A stretch of DNA of 64,000 bases from Planctomycetota bacterium (GTDB lineage: Bacteria; Planctomycetota; B15-G4; SIAN01). Position numbers and translations under genes: made by a program. The stretch lies in assembly GCA_031409275.1 (NCBI GenBank), contig JANNXA010000022.1:32001-96000 (forward strand). The letters are read 5' to 3'. Position 1 is the first letter of the stretch. Each line of letters starts with the position of its first letter. Below the pieces are notes generated by a model. It saw only the letters and a list, made by a program, of their open reading frames with translations. It was not told the DNA's origin and did not search any database. Positions 21,301 through 28,916 of this stretch are shown here, piece after piece.

Positions 21301-21481
21301 GCCCGATCCGCGCGCTCCGCACCTCCCGATCGTCGAGCCGGACCGCATGTACGTCGCGTTCGAGGACTCTGACCGCATCCAGGTCCTCGATCCGATCCGC
21401 ATCGGCGCCGCGATCGGCGAGCTGAAGGAGCGGACGGGCGTCGGCGTCCGCAAGCTCGTCGGGTACTACGACAGCCAGTGA
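18368..21481 (+). CDS. Large lipoprotein, paralog 3
   Basis: ATGA overlap with the menG stop; lipobox VSA-C then G6; shares the conserved blocks of paralogs 1 and 2. Confidence 0.85.
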   Translation: MTRDWTRKGWFIGAALLATLGVSACGGGGGGSGGSRGDELTDPVIALFGPTGKYSQTPTEANSSGGAIKPPSMPTGTTTNQFLRLEVPFVVDRRDIVSPDPVYRPFSQLTGNLVVTDSTGAHVPGVAVVNGIDAYGKFRGNDPGFPKDLSGSGADRNLGAGVILYIADDGDGDLSTVAAFGGSSSDSDSSPTTTDLTSLRISLNDLNGRSIDAFYTVTIANSALGDTVGPSVVSITAESVDPLDPLNPAKCSTSSRFIIRFNEPCVPTTVGKSATLDGTPFIGNLPRLGLPGSPPPKPLPNTHITATLNVNRSQLFLPCDIRPLNSNNLATYIVTPLVDLPAQRTINIVVVDANANRDANLTQFGAIDLVGNFHTPGADARGIFTVAKGRAPACAPVCPEVFYWLPVSGSGLGAVDLNGQGFTTNTPGHGASDYHFASLISRVANTTSAVGILGSGNRYSWPVGTGSFIYGPGFSIGGQSWQGAPSDQGNSGTPIPGINERSSGFETLVRNADGDVILTGTNNGTLGTVADMVVGDFLDAGISDTLSLFNNPGFHTSFFWGGGLSRNALGDPPIPNPPPLRYWVGLNPIDILIDQNNPLGKARMIEGEEVWSGTLSSYSFVVPDAINPVDVDDRPTGGAVNGPNPQSATAAVAYAARQQVGNFLYVVDATAGLLQVVNSNTFQIITTLDLPGPSGVAVMPNNRFIFTANAGNDTMSVIGSDPTQPDFHTEIARVPVGRGPTTISCQGNGEDVFVVNALDNTISIVELGTLTVRKTLDALIDGPREVVLTARQNGFGWSAGVYFGYIANFTGNNVVVYESGPDGPQGIGCNNVLGSLPTTGSDVEIFEPRGLVYSPYANDQGLYAGGVYVTHRDNSGAGMISHIQFTHQALFGPLPCVLPPGNFFIPPGFNVREFEVVGQWGASGQTPLLGSKPSSVVLTDFRYDSYSLLTTQPPSQDGRGTPGFGGKNTRHPIQFVQPPDPRAPHLPIVEPDRMYVAFEDSDRIQVLDPIRIGAAIGELKERTGVGVRKLVGYYDSQ

Positions 21482-21638
21482 CCGCGACCGCGCAGCGCTC
21501 TCGCTGCGCACCTCCCGTCCGTTTCCTGGCGCGGGCCGCGTCGATCTTCGCGATCGACGCGGCCCGCGTCGTCGTCGCCACGCTGCGCACCCCTGTGGTA
21601 GTGTCCGCCCCGTCGTTTCGACGAAGGAGCGGTCGCGG

Positions 21639-22433
21639 GTGGCGAGGCGAATCAAGGCCATGGCGGCGCGAAAGAAGGCTCCGGCGCTCGACCTTCAGGC
21701 CTACCTGCGCCTGACGCGCGGCGTGACGGTGTCGATCGCCTATCTCCTGCCGCTGCTCGCCGCCTACGAGGTCGGTCTGCAGATGACCGGCTGCGATCTG
21801 CGCAACTCCGCCGAACTGTCGCTCAAGCTCGCCGCTGGATTGTTCGGGGACTTCGGTCCATGGATCCAGCGCGCGGTCCTTGCCGGCGTCCTCTTCGTGG
21901 CCATCCGCCTCGCGCGCCGCAACGTGCCGGCGCTGCGTCTCTATCCCGTCTTCCTGCTCGAGGCGACGCTCTTCGCGCTGCTGCTCGGACCGCTCGTGGG
22001 CACGCTCGTCGATGGCACCGGACTCGCGGCGCATCAGGCGATCCCGGCTTCGATGAACGACGCGAACGGCGTCGCGGTGGCGCCGCCGCTGGCGGAGCGC
22101 GTCCTGCTCTCGATCGGTGCCGGCGTCTACGAGGAACTGGTGTTTCGCTTCCTGCTGCTCGCCGGCGGCTTCGCGTTCTTGCATCGCGGGCTCGGCCTCG
22201 AGCGGCGGCTCGCGCTCGGCTCGGCGGTGCTCGCCTCGGCGCTGCTCTTCAGCGGCTACCACCACATGGGGCCGTCGGGCGAGCCGTTCGTCGCCGGGAC
22301 CTTCCTCTTTCGTGCGGCGGCCGGACTCGCGCTCGGACTCGTCTTCACCTGGCGCGGTCTCGCGTTGTGCGCCTACCTGCACGCCTTCTATGACATCTTG
22401 TGCGACCTCACGTGGCGCGGAGCATCCTCATGA
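21639..22433 (+). CDS. CPBP (CAAX/Abi family) intramembrane glutamic endopeptidase
   Basis: Multiple TM helices, with EELVFR, FSGYHH and HAFYD motifs. Start is 21639 (GTG) or 21660. Confidence 0.85.
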   Translation: MARRIKAMAARKKAPALDLQAYLRLTRGVTVSIAYLLPLLAAYEVGLQMTGCDLRNSAELSLKLAAGLFGDFGPWIQRAVLAGVLFVAIRLARRNVPALRLYPVFLLEATLFALLLGPLVGTLVDGTGLAAHQAIPASMNDANGVAVAPPLAERVLLSIGAGVYEELVFRFLLLAGGFAFLHRGLGLERRLALGSAVLASALLFSGYHHMGPSGEPFVAGTFLFRAAAGLALGLVFTWRGLALCAYLHAFYDILCDLTWRGASS

Positions 22434-23023
22434 AGCGCGTGATCGTCGCCGCCACGGGAGCGTCTGGAGCTCTCTACGGACGTGCCGTGGTCGAGACGCT
22501 GCTTTCCGCCGGTGCGAGCATCGATCTCGTCGCGAGCCCGCCCGCGCAACGCGTCGCGCGCGATGAACTCGGCAGCGATTGGAGCCGGCCCGAAGTCGAG
22601 CGTTGGCTCGGAACGAAGGCGGCTAGCGTCACGCTCCATCGTCACGATGACATCGGCGCCGCGATCGCCTCGGGCTCCTGTCCGGTGCAGGGGATGATCG
22701 TGGTGCCGTGCTCGATGGGCAGCGCCGGCCGCATCGCCGCCGGCCTCTCCGATGCCCTGATCGAGCGCGCCGCCGACGTGCAACTGAAGGAGCGCCGACC
22801 GCTCGTGCTGGTCGTGCGCGAGACTCCCTTCTCGCTGCTCCATCTGGAGAACCTGACCCGCCTCGCGCGCGCCGGTGCGACCGTCATGCCCGCTGCGCCC
22901 GGTTTCTACGCGCGGCCGCAGACGATCGCCGACCTCGTGCGCTTCATCGCGGAACGCGCGGTGGCCGCCGTCGGCATCGAGCTGAAGCGCAGCGTCGAGT
23001 GGAAGGGTGACGCCGCGCCATGA
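22430..23023 (+). CDS. ubiX: Flavin prenyltransferase UbiX
   Basis: TGASGA, IASGS, PCSM, RAADVQLKERRPL, RETP and PGFY; ATGA overlap. Confidence 0.95.
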   Translation: MKRVIVAATGASGALYGRAVVETLLSAGASIDLVASPPAQRVARDELGSDWSRPEVERWLGTKAASVTLHRHDDIGAAIASGSCPVQGMIVVPCSMGSAGRIAAGLSDALIERAADVQLKERRPLVLVVRETPFSLLHLENLTRLARAGATVMPAAPGFYARPQTIADLVRFIAERAVAAVGIELKRSVEWKGDAAP

Positions 23024-23907
23024 ACCGCGCCATCCCTGCGAGCGGCTTCTTCGCGAAGACCGCGATCACGCTCGAGATGGTCAAGGTCGCGCACACGATC
23101 TTCGCCCTGCCCTTCGCGCTCGCGGCGCTCTTCCTGGCCGCGGGCGGCTGGCCTGGCGCCCGCCGGCTGGCGTGGGTCGTCGTGGCGATGCTCTGCGCGC
23201 GTGCGGCGGCCATGGCGTTCAACCGCCTGGTCGACGCGAAGTTCGATGCACGCAACCCGCGAACGCAGCGGCGCGCGCTGCCGGCCGGACTGCTTTCGCG
23301 CGGCTTCACGGCAGGGTTCGTGGTCGTCTGCGCCGCCGGCTTCGTCGCCGCGTCGTACGCGCTGAACCGCCTCTGCTTCGCCTTGTCGCCCGTCGCGCTG
23401 GTGGTCGTGCTGGGCTACTCCTTCGCGAAACGCTTCACCGCGCTTTGCCACCTGTGGCTCGGGGTCGCGCTCGGCATCGCGCCGCTTGCCGCGTGGTGCG
23501 CCGTGCGTGGCGTCGTTGACGGCTCCACCTGGATTCCCGGATTGCTCGCGGTGGCGGTGCTCTTCTGGGTGGCAGGCTTCGACCTGATCTACGCGTGCCA
23601 GGATGTCGACTTCGATCGACGGGAGGGGCTGAACAGCCTGCCGGCGGCGCTCGGACCGGCGAGCGCGCTGCGCCTGGCGCGCGGCTTCCATGCGGTCACC
23701 GTGCTGGCGCTCGTATCAGTGGGCTGGCGAGCGAGTCTGGGGCTCTGGTGGGGAGGCGCGGTGGCGATCGTCGCCGCCTTGCTCTTCCTCGAGCACCGCC
23801 TGGCCGACCCGGCCGATCCCAAGCGCCTCGAGATCGCCTTCTTCCGGGTCAACGCCGCGATCGGCCCGCTGTTGTTCGCGGCGATCCTGCTCGAACTGTT
23901 CGCATGA
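23020..23907 (+). CDS. UbiA-family prenyltransferase (MqnP-like, menaquinone)
   Basis: HTIFALPFA, AMAFNRLVDAKFDARNPRT, YSFAKRFT and GFDLIYACQD. Confidence 0.9.
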   Translation: MNRAIPASGFFAKTAITLEMVKVAHTIFALPFALAALFLAAGGWPGARRLAWVVVAMLCARAAAMAFNRLVDAKFDARNPRTQRRALPAGLLSRGFTAGFVVVCAAGFVAASYALNRLCFALSPVALVVVLGYSFAKRFTALCHLWLGVALGIAPLAAWCAVRGVVDGSTWIPGLLAVAVLFWVAGFDLIYACQDVDFDRREGLNSLPAALGPASALRLARGFHAVTVLALVSVGWRASLGLWWGGAVAIVAALLFLEHRLADPADPKRLEIAFFRVNAAIGPLLFAAILLELFA

Positions 23908-24926
23908 GCGCTTCTGATTTCGAGCCCGGCGCGCCGCTTCCGGCCACGCTGCTGGTCGGCGGTTCGGCTCGTTGCCTGCTCGACGAGCTGCTCCTTCGTT
24001 GCCTTGCGCCGGTCGTGAAGGAGGCGGAGATCGAGCGGCTGCCGGCGGTCGCGCTGGCGAAAGAGAAGGACGAAGGCGGCCTTGCGACGATCGTCCTGAA
24101 GAAGCTCGGCAATGCCTCGCTGTTCGGGGCGCGCCGCGTCCTGGTGGTGATCGGCGGGCAGGAGCTGCTGCGCGACAAGTCGGCGAAGGCATGGATGGAG
24201 AAGCCGACGCCGCGCACCCATCTGGTGATCGCGGCCACGCGGCCCGCCAAGGACGGTCCTTATGCCGTGCCCGCCGGCATCCCGGTCGGCGTCGCATGGG
24301 ACGCCGGGCCGCAATCGCCAAGCGAGCTGCGACGCTTCCTCGAGCGCCGCCTCGCGCTGCGCAGCGCGAAGGCGACGCCGGCGGCGTTCGAGGCGTTGCT
24401 GGCGCAGGCCGGCGCCTCGCTCGACGCGCTCGACTCGGAGCTCGAGAAGCTGGCGCTCTTTTGCCTCGGCGAGACGATCGACGCGGCGCACGTCGAGGCG
24501 CTGTGCGGCCACACGGCGGGGCGCGACTTCGATCGCCTGTGGCAGGCGCTGCTCGACAAGCGTCTCGGCGAGGCGCTCGGCCTGGTCGAAGCGATGAGCA
24601 CCGAAGGTCTGGTGATGTTCGGCGGCGGCCGCGTCTACGGCGCGAGCGCCGTCTCGAACACGCTCTTGCCGCTGCTGCTCGCGCGCATTCGACGGGTGGC
24701 CGCGGTGGCGACGTCGAACGAGAAGCTGGTGGGGGCCGTCGGCAGCGCGCTGCGCATGAAGCCCGGCTACGTCCACTTCCTGCAGAAGGACGCGCGGACG
24801 CTCGGCCCGCGCATGGCGCGGTGGCAGGCCGCGGCGCTCGGCGCCGAAGTGCAGCAGAAGCGCGGCGGCGCGCGCAGCGATGAAGAGAACCTCGAGCAAC
24901 TGCTTGCGCGGCTGTGCGCACGATGA
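23904..24926 (+). CDS. holA: DNA polymerase III delta subunit (divergent)
   Basis: SLFGARRVLVV and LDSELEKLALF..IDAAHVEAL pattern; ATGA overlap. Confidence 0.7.
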   Translation: MSASDFEPGAPLPATLLVGGSARCLLDELLLRCLAPVVKEAEIERLPAVALAKEKDEGGLATIVLKKLGNASLFGARRVLVVIGGQELLRDKSAKAWMEKPTPRTHLVIAATRPAKDGPYAVPAGIPVGVAWDAGPQSPSELRRFLERRLALRSAKATPAAFEALLAQAGASLDALDSELEKLALFCLGETIDAAHVEALCGHTAGRDFDRLWQALLDKRLGEALGLVEAMSTEGLVMFGGGRVYGASAVSNTLLPLLLARIRRVAAVATSNEKLVGAVGSALRMKPGYVHFLQKDARTLGPRMARWQAAALGAEVQQKRGGARSDEENLEQLLARLCAR

Positions 24927-24940
24927 GGAGCGGCGGCGCC

Positions 24941-26788
24941 ATGCGCATCGAGCGACTTCCCGCGACCGTCATCGACCAGATCGCCGCCGGCGAAGTGGTC
25001 GAGCGTCCGGCGAGCGTGGTGAAGGAGCTGGTCGAGAACGCCATCGATGCCGGCGCGCGGCAGGTGCGGGTCGAAGTCGAAGGCGGCGGCCTCGTGCGCC
25101 TGGCCATCTTCGACGACGGCGCCGGCATCGCGCCGGAACAGCTGTCGCTCGCGCTCGAGGCGCACGCGACCTCGAAGATCCGCGCCGCCGACGACCTGCT
25201 GGCGGTGAGCACCTTCGGCTTCCGCGGCGAGGCGCTGGCCAGCATCGCGTCGATCGCTCACGTCACTCTCGCCTCCCGCCCGCGGGACGGCGAATCAGGC
25301 GCGTCGATCGTCGTGCGCGGTGGCGTCGTCGAAGCGCCGCGGCCGCTGGCGCGCGCGCCGGGCACGACCATCGAAGTGCGCGACCTCTTCTTCAACACGC
25401 CGGCGCGGCGCAAGTTCATGAAGGCGGAGTCGACCGAGCTCGCGCACATCACCGAAGCGGTGCTGCGCCTCGCGCTCGCCCGACTCGACGTCGGCTTCGA
25501 GCTCGTGAGCCACGGTCGCCGCACGCTGCGGCTCGAAGCGGGGCAGACGCTGCGCGCGCGGATCGCCGCCGGCTTCGGCAAGGAGCTCGCCGACGCGCTG
25601 CTCGAGGTGACGTTGACCTTGCCCGAACTCAAGCTGCGCGGCCTGCTGGCGCCGCCCGATCGCGCGCGCGCCCGCACCACGCTGCAGCAACTCTGGGTGA
25701 ATGGCCGCTTCGTCCGCGATCGAACGGTGCAAGGCGCCGTGCGATCGGCCTATCGCGACTTCCTCGCCGAGAGCCTCGCGCCGGTCTGGTTCCTCTTCCT
25801 CGAGCTGCCGCCGGCCGACGTCGACTGCAACGTGCACCCGACCAAGATCGAAGTGCGCCTGCGTCGCCCGGCCGACGTCTATCAAGCGGTCGTTGCCGCT
25901 GTCGAGCGGACGCTGCGTGGCGCCGACCTCGCGCCGCGCTTTCGCGCACCACTGCCGCGACCCTGGCTCGACGCGCCGCCGGTCGCGGCCGCTGCGCCGC
26001 CGGTCGAGTTGCGCGACTCGCAAGGCGGCGAGCTCGCTGCCGTCGCGAGCCACGTGCCCGCGCCCATCGCCGGGGGTGAGAGTCTGTTCGATGTGCTGGC
26101 CGAAGGGGCGCCACGACCCGCTGGCGCGCCCGCGAGCGCTGCGGCCGCCGTCGCGCCGGCCCGTCTGCAACAACCCACGCTCATGGCCGCGCCAGCTCCG
26201 GTCCGACTGCTGCCGGGACGATTCGTTCAGGTGCTGAAGACCTACGTCGCCGCGGCCTGCCCGGAAGGGCTCGTGATCTTCGACCAGCACGCGCTGCACG
26301 AGCGAGTGCTCTACCGACACCTGCGCGTCGAGTGGCAGGCCGGGACGATCCGGCGCCAGGAGCTGCTGATGCCGCTCTCGGTCGAGCTCCCGGCCGCCGA
26401 CGTGCTGGCGCTCGAGGAGGCGACCGATCTGCTCGAGTGCGTCGGCGTGCGCGTGGCGCCGCTCGGTCGAACGACGGTCGGCGTCTCGTCGTTGCCCGCG
26501 GTCACGGCGCCGCGAGATGTTGCCGGCTTGATGACGCGGCTGGTCACTCTGCTGCGCGGCGAACGTCCCGAAGGTCGCATCGACGACTTCGCCGATCGCA
26601 TGCTCTTCACGATGGCCTGCCATCGCGCGGTGCGTGCCGGCGACCCGCTCGGCGAAGAGCAGATCGCTGGGCTGCTGGCCGAAGCGGACCAGATCGAGCA
26701 CGCGCACGCCTGCCCGCATGGTCGTCCGACTCGCGTCGTCATCCCGCTGGCCGAACTCGAGAACCTCTTCAAGCGACGCGGCTTCTGA
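24941..26788 (+). CDS. mutL: DNA mismatch repair endonuclease MutL
   Basis: IAAGEVVERPASVVKELVENAIDA, GFRGEAL, DCNVHPTK, DQHALHER, ACH and CPHGRP. Confidence 0.97.
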   Translation: MRIERLPATVIDQIAAGEVVERPASVVKELVENAIDAGARQVRVEVEGGGLVRLAIFDDGAGIAPEQLSLALEAHATSKIRAADDLLAVSTFGFRGEALASIASIAHVTLASRPRDGESGASIVVRGGVVEAPRPLARAPGTTIEVRDLFFNTPARRKFMKAESTELAHITEAVLRLALARLDVGFELVSHGRRTLRLEAGQTLRARIAAGFGKELADALLEVTLTLPELKLRGLLAPPDRARARTTLQQLWVNGRFVRDRTVQGAVRSAYRDFLAESLAPVWFLFLELPPADVDCNVHPTKIEVRLRRPADVYQAVVAAVERTLRGADLAPRFRAPLPRPWLDAPPVAAAAPPVELRDSQGGELAAVASHVPAPIAGGESLFDVLAEGAPRPAGAPASAAAAVAPARLQQPTLMAAPAPVRLLPGRFVQVLKTYVAAACPEGLVIFDQHALHERVLYRHLRVEWQAGTIRRQELLMPLSVELPAADVLALEEATDLLECVGVRVAPLGRTTVGVSSLPAVTAPRDVAGLMTRLVTLLRGERPEGRIDDFADRMLFTMACHRAVRAGDPLGEEQIAGLLAEADQIEHAHACPHGRPTRVVIPLAELENLFKRRGF

Positions 26789-26809
26789 ACGGCGCCGCGC
26801 CGGCATGGC

Positions 26810-27688
26810 TCAGCGCGGCGGAGCGAAGTCGGCGTCGCTGAAGACGGGCGCGACTTCGAGCAGCACGATGTAGAGCGTCTGCCGCGGATTCGCTTCGCCG
26901 TCGGCCCACAGCTCGACCTTGCCCGGGACATCGAGGCCACCATTGCGCTCGTGTTTCGTGAAGCAGACCTGGATCGCCTCTTCGCCGTCTGGCATCAGGC
27001 GCGCCCCCATGAGGTGCAGCTCCTTCTCGTCGAAGTAGAGCCAGACTCGCGCCGGCTTGGACTGCCCCTCGCGCATGACGGTGAGCTTGCCTTCGACCAC
27101 GCGCGCCGTGATCGCGTGGGCGCTGACGTCGGGCAGGAGATTGAGCTCGGTGAGGCGTGGCGCCAGTCGATCGAGCTGGAAGGCGCCGGTCAGCAGTTCC
27201 GTCAGTTCGAAGTCCTGCTGCAACTGCTTCCAGTCCGCCTCGCCGCCCGGCTCATCGAGCCAGCGCACGTTCTTGCCGCTGCGCAGCCACGGTCGCTTGC
27301 CGTCGTAGCCGCTCCAGGTCTCGGCGCCGTCGAAGGAGGACTTGGCGCGCGTCCAGATGCGGTCGGGCGCACGGAAGCGCCGCTCCGCTTCGACGGCCAC
27401 GTCGTCCCCTTGGGGCGAGCGATACTGCAGACGCACCTTCACGCGCAGGGCGAGTGGGGCGTCGCCGGACGCGGTGCCGCCGCCTCGTTGCGCCACGGCG
27501 GCTTTCGCCAGCAGGGCCACCGCCGCGGGATCCGAAGCGGATGCCGGTGCGACCACCGGAGCGCTCGGCACCGCCGGCGCTTCAACCGGCTTTGGCGTCG
27601 CGTCCTGCGCTGCCGCGACTCCGGTGATGGCGAGGAGCAACGCGCCTCGCCACCGGCCGCTGCGGCGCCGGCGCTTTTGCGGCGACAC
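26810..27688 (-). CDS. Exported hypothetical protein, possibly LolA-like/outer-membrane sorting fold
   Basis: Basic N-terminus, signal peptide (AAA|QD), Pro/Ala linker and a beta-rich body with SGYDGKRPW and VWLYFD. The start is uncertain. Confidence 0.55.
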   Translation of the reverse strand: MSPQKRRRRSGRWRGALLLAITGVAAAQDATPKPVEAPAVPSAPVVAPASASDPAAVALLAKAAVAQRGGGTASGDAPLALRVKVRLQYRSPQGDDVAVEAERRFRAPDRIWTRAKSSFDGAETWSGYDGKRPWLRSGKNVRWLDEPGGEADWKQLQQDFELTELLTGAFQLDRLAPRLTELNLLPDVSAHAITARVVEGKLTVMREGQSKPARVWLYFDEKELHLMGARLMPDGEEAIQVCFTKHERNGGLDVPGKVELWADGEANPRQTLYIVLLEVAPVFSDADFAPPR

Positions 27689-27755
27689 GCTTCGCCCGCT
27701 ATGGAGTGCGCGCGCGCAAGTTGGATCCTCGCGGGTCGTGGAGCGTTCTTCGTTC

Positions 27756-28916
27756 ATGCCGGTCCCCTCGTTCGATCTGCGGGCGCAGAATGAACCGCTG
27801 CTGGCCGAAATCAAGGCGGCCGTTGCGCGCGTCCTGGACAGCGGCCGCTTCATCGGGGGCGATGAGGTCGAACGCTTCGAGGAGGCGCTCGCGCACCACC
27901 TCGGTTGCAAGGCGGCCGTTGCGCTCTCGTCGGGCAGCGACGCCCTGCTCGCCGCGCTGCTTGCGCTCGACATCGGACCCGGCGATGCCGTGGTCACGAC
28001 GCCGTTCACCTACTTCGCGACGGCGGCGGCGATCGTCCGGGTGGGCGCGCATCCGCTGTTCGCGGACGTCGATCCGCTGACGCTCAACCTCGATCCGCAG
28101 CAGGCAGAGGCGGCGGTCCTGCGTGGCAAGCGGCTTCCGGGCGTGCGGCGGGTCGCCGCCTTGCTGCCCGTCCACCTGTTCGGTCGCGTCGCCGACCTTG
28201 CCGGGCTGCGCGACGTCGCGGCGCGGCATGACCTCGCGCTGATCGAGGATGTCGCGCAGGCGTTCGGCGCACGCTGGCGCGGAGCCGCTGCCGGAACGAT
28301 CGGCCGCATCGGCTGCTTCAGCTTCTATCCCACCAAGAACCTCGGCGGCTTCGGCGACGGCGGGGCGGCCGTCACCGACGACGTCGCGCTGGCCGAGCGG
28401 TTGCGCCGCCTGCGCCAGCACGGACAGGCGAGCGGTCGCGTCTACGAGCACGTCGAAGTCGGCGGCAACTTCCGCCTCGACGCCATCCAGTGCGCGGCGC
28501 TCGCAGTGAAGCTGCCGCATGTGGGCCGATGGCAGCAGCAGCGCCTCGCGCTGGCCGAGCTCTATCGGACCGCCCTGCGGTCGCGCCGACTCGAGTCGTT
28601 CGTGATGGCGCCGGCGCCGGCCCCATTCGGCGAGCACGTCTATCACCAGTTCGTCGCGCGCGTGCCGGCACGAGACGCGCTGCGCGCTCATCTCGCCGCG
28701 AACGGCATCGGTACCGCCGTCTACTACCCGCTGCCGCTCCACCTGCAGCCGAGTCTGCGCGACATGCACGGCCAAGCAGGCGCTCTGCCGGTGGCAGAGC
28801 AAGCCGCACGCGAAGTGGTCGCCTTGCCGTTCTTTCCGGGCATGACGGCCGACGCGGTCGATGCGGTGGTGGCGGCGCTGGCGCACTTCGCGCCGGTGGG
28901 GCAAAACGATGGATGA
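27756..28916 (+). CDS. DegT/DnrJ/EryC1/StrS family sugar aminotransferase
   Basis: SSGSDAL, PFTYFAT, PVHLFG, IEDVAQA, FSFYPTKNLGGFGDGG and NFRLD. Confidence 0.93.
   Translation: MPVPSFDLRAQNEPLLAEIKAAVARVLDSGRFIGGDEVERFEEALAHHLGCKAAVALSSGSDALLAALLALDIGPGDAVVTTPFTYFATAAAIVRVGAHPLFADVDPLTLNLDPQQAEAAVLRGKRLPGVRRVAALLPVHLFGRVADLAGLRDVAARHDLALIEDVAQAFGARWRGAAAGTIGRIGCFSFYPTKNLGGFGDGGAAVTDDVALAERLRRLRQHGQASGRVYEHVEVGGNFRLDAIQCAALAVKLPHVGRWQQQRLALAELYRTALRSRRLESFVMAPAPAPFGEHVYHQFVARVPARDALRAHLAANGIGTAVYYPLPLHLQPSLRDMHGQAGALPVAEQAAREVVALPFFPGMTADAVDAVVAALAHFAPVGQNDG

Noticed and set aside
10385..21481. DGR, CRISPR or recombinational cassette explanation for the repeats
   Set aside because: Similarity is at the protein level with synonymous divergence. 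No reverse transcriptase, recombinase or regularly spaced repeats were seen.
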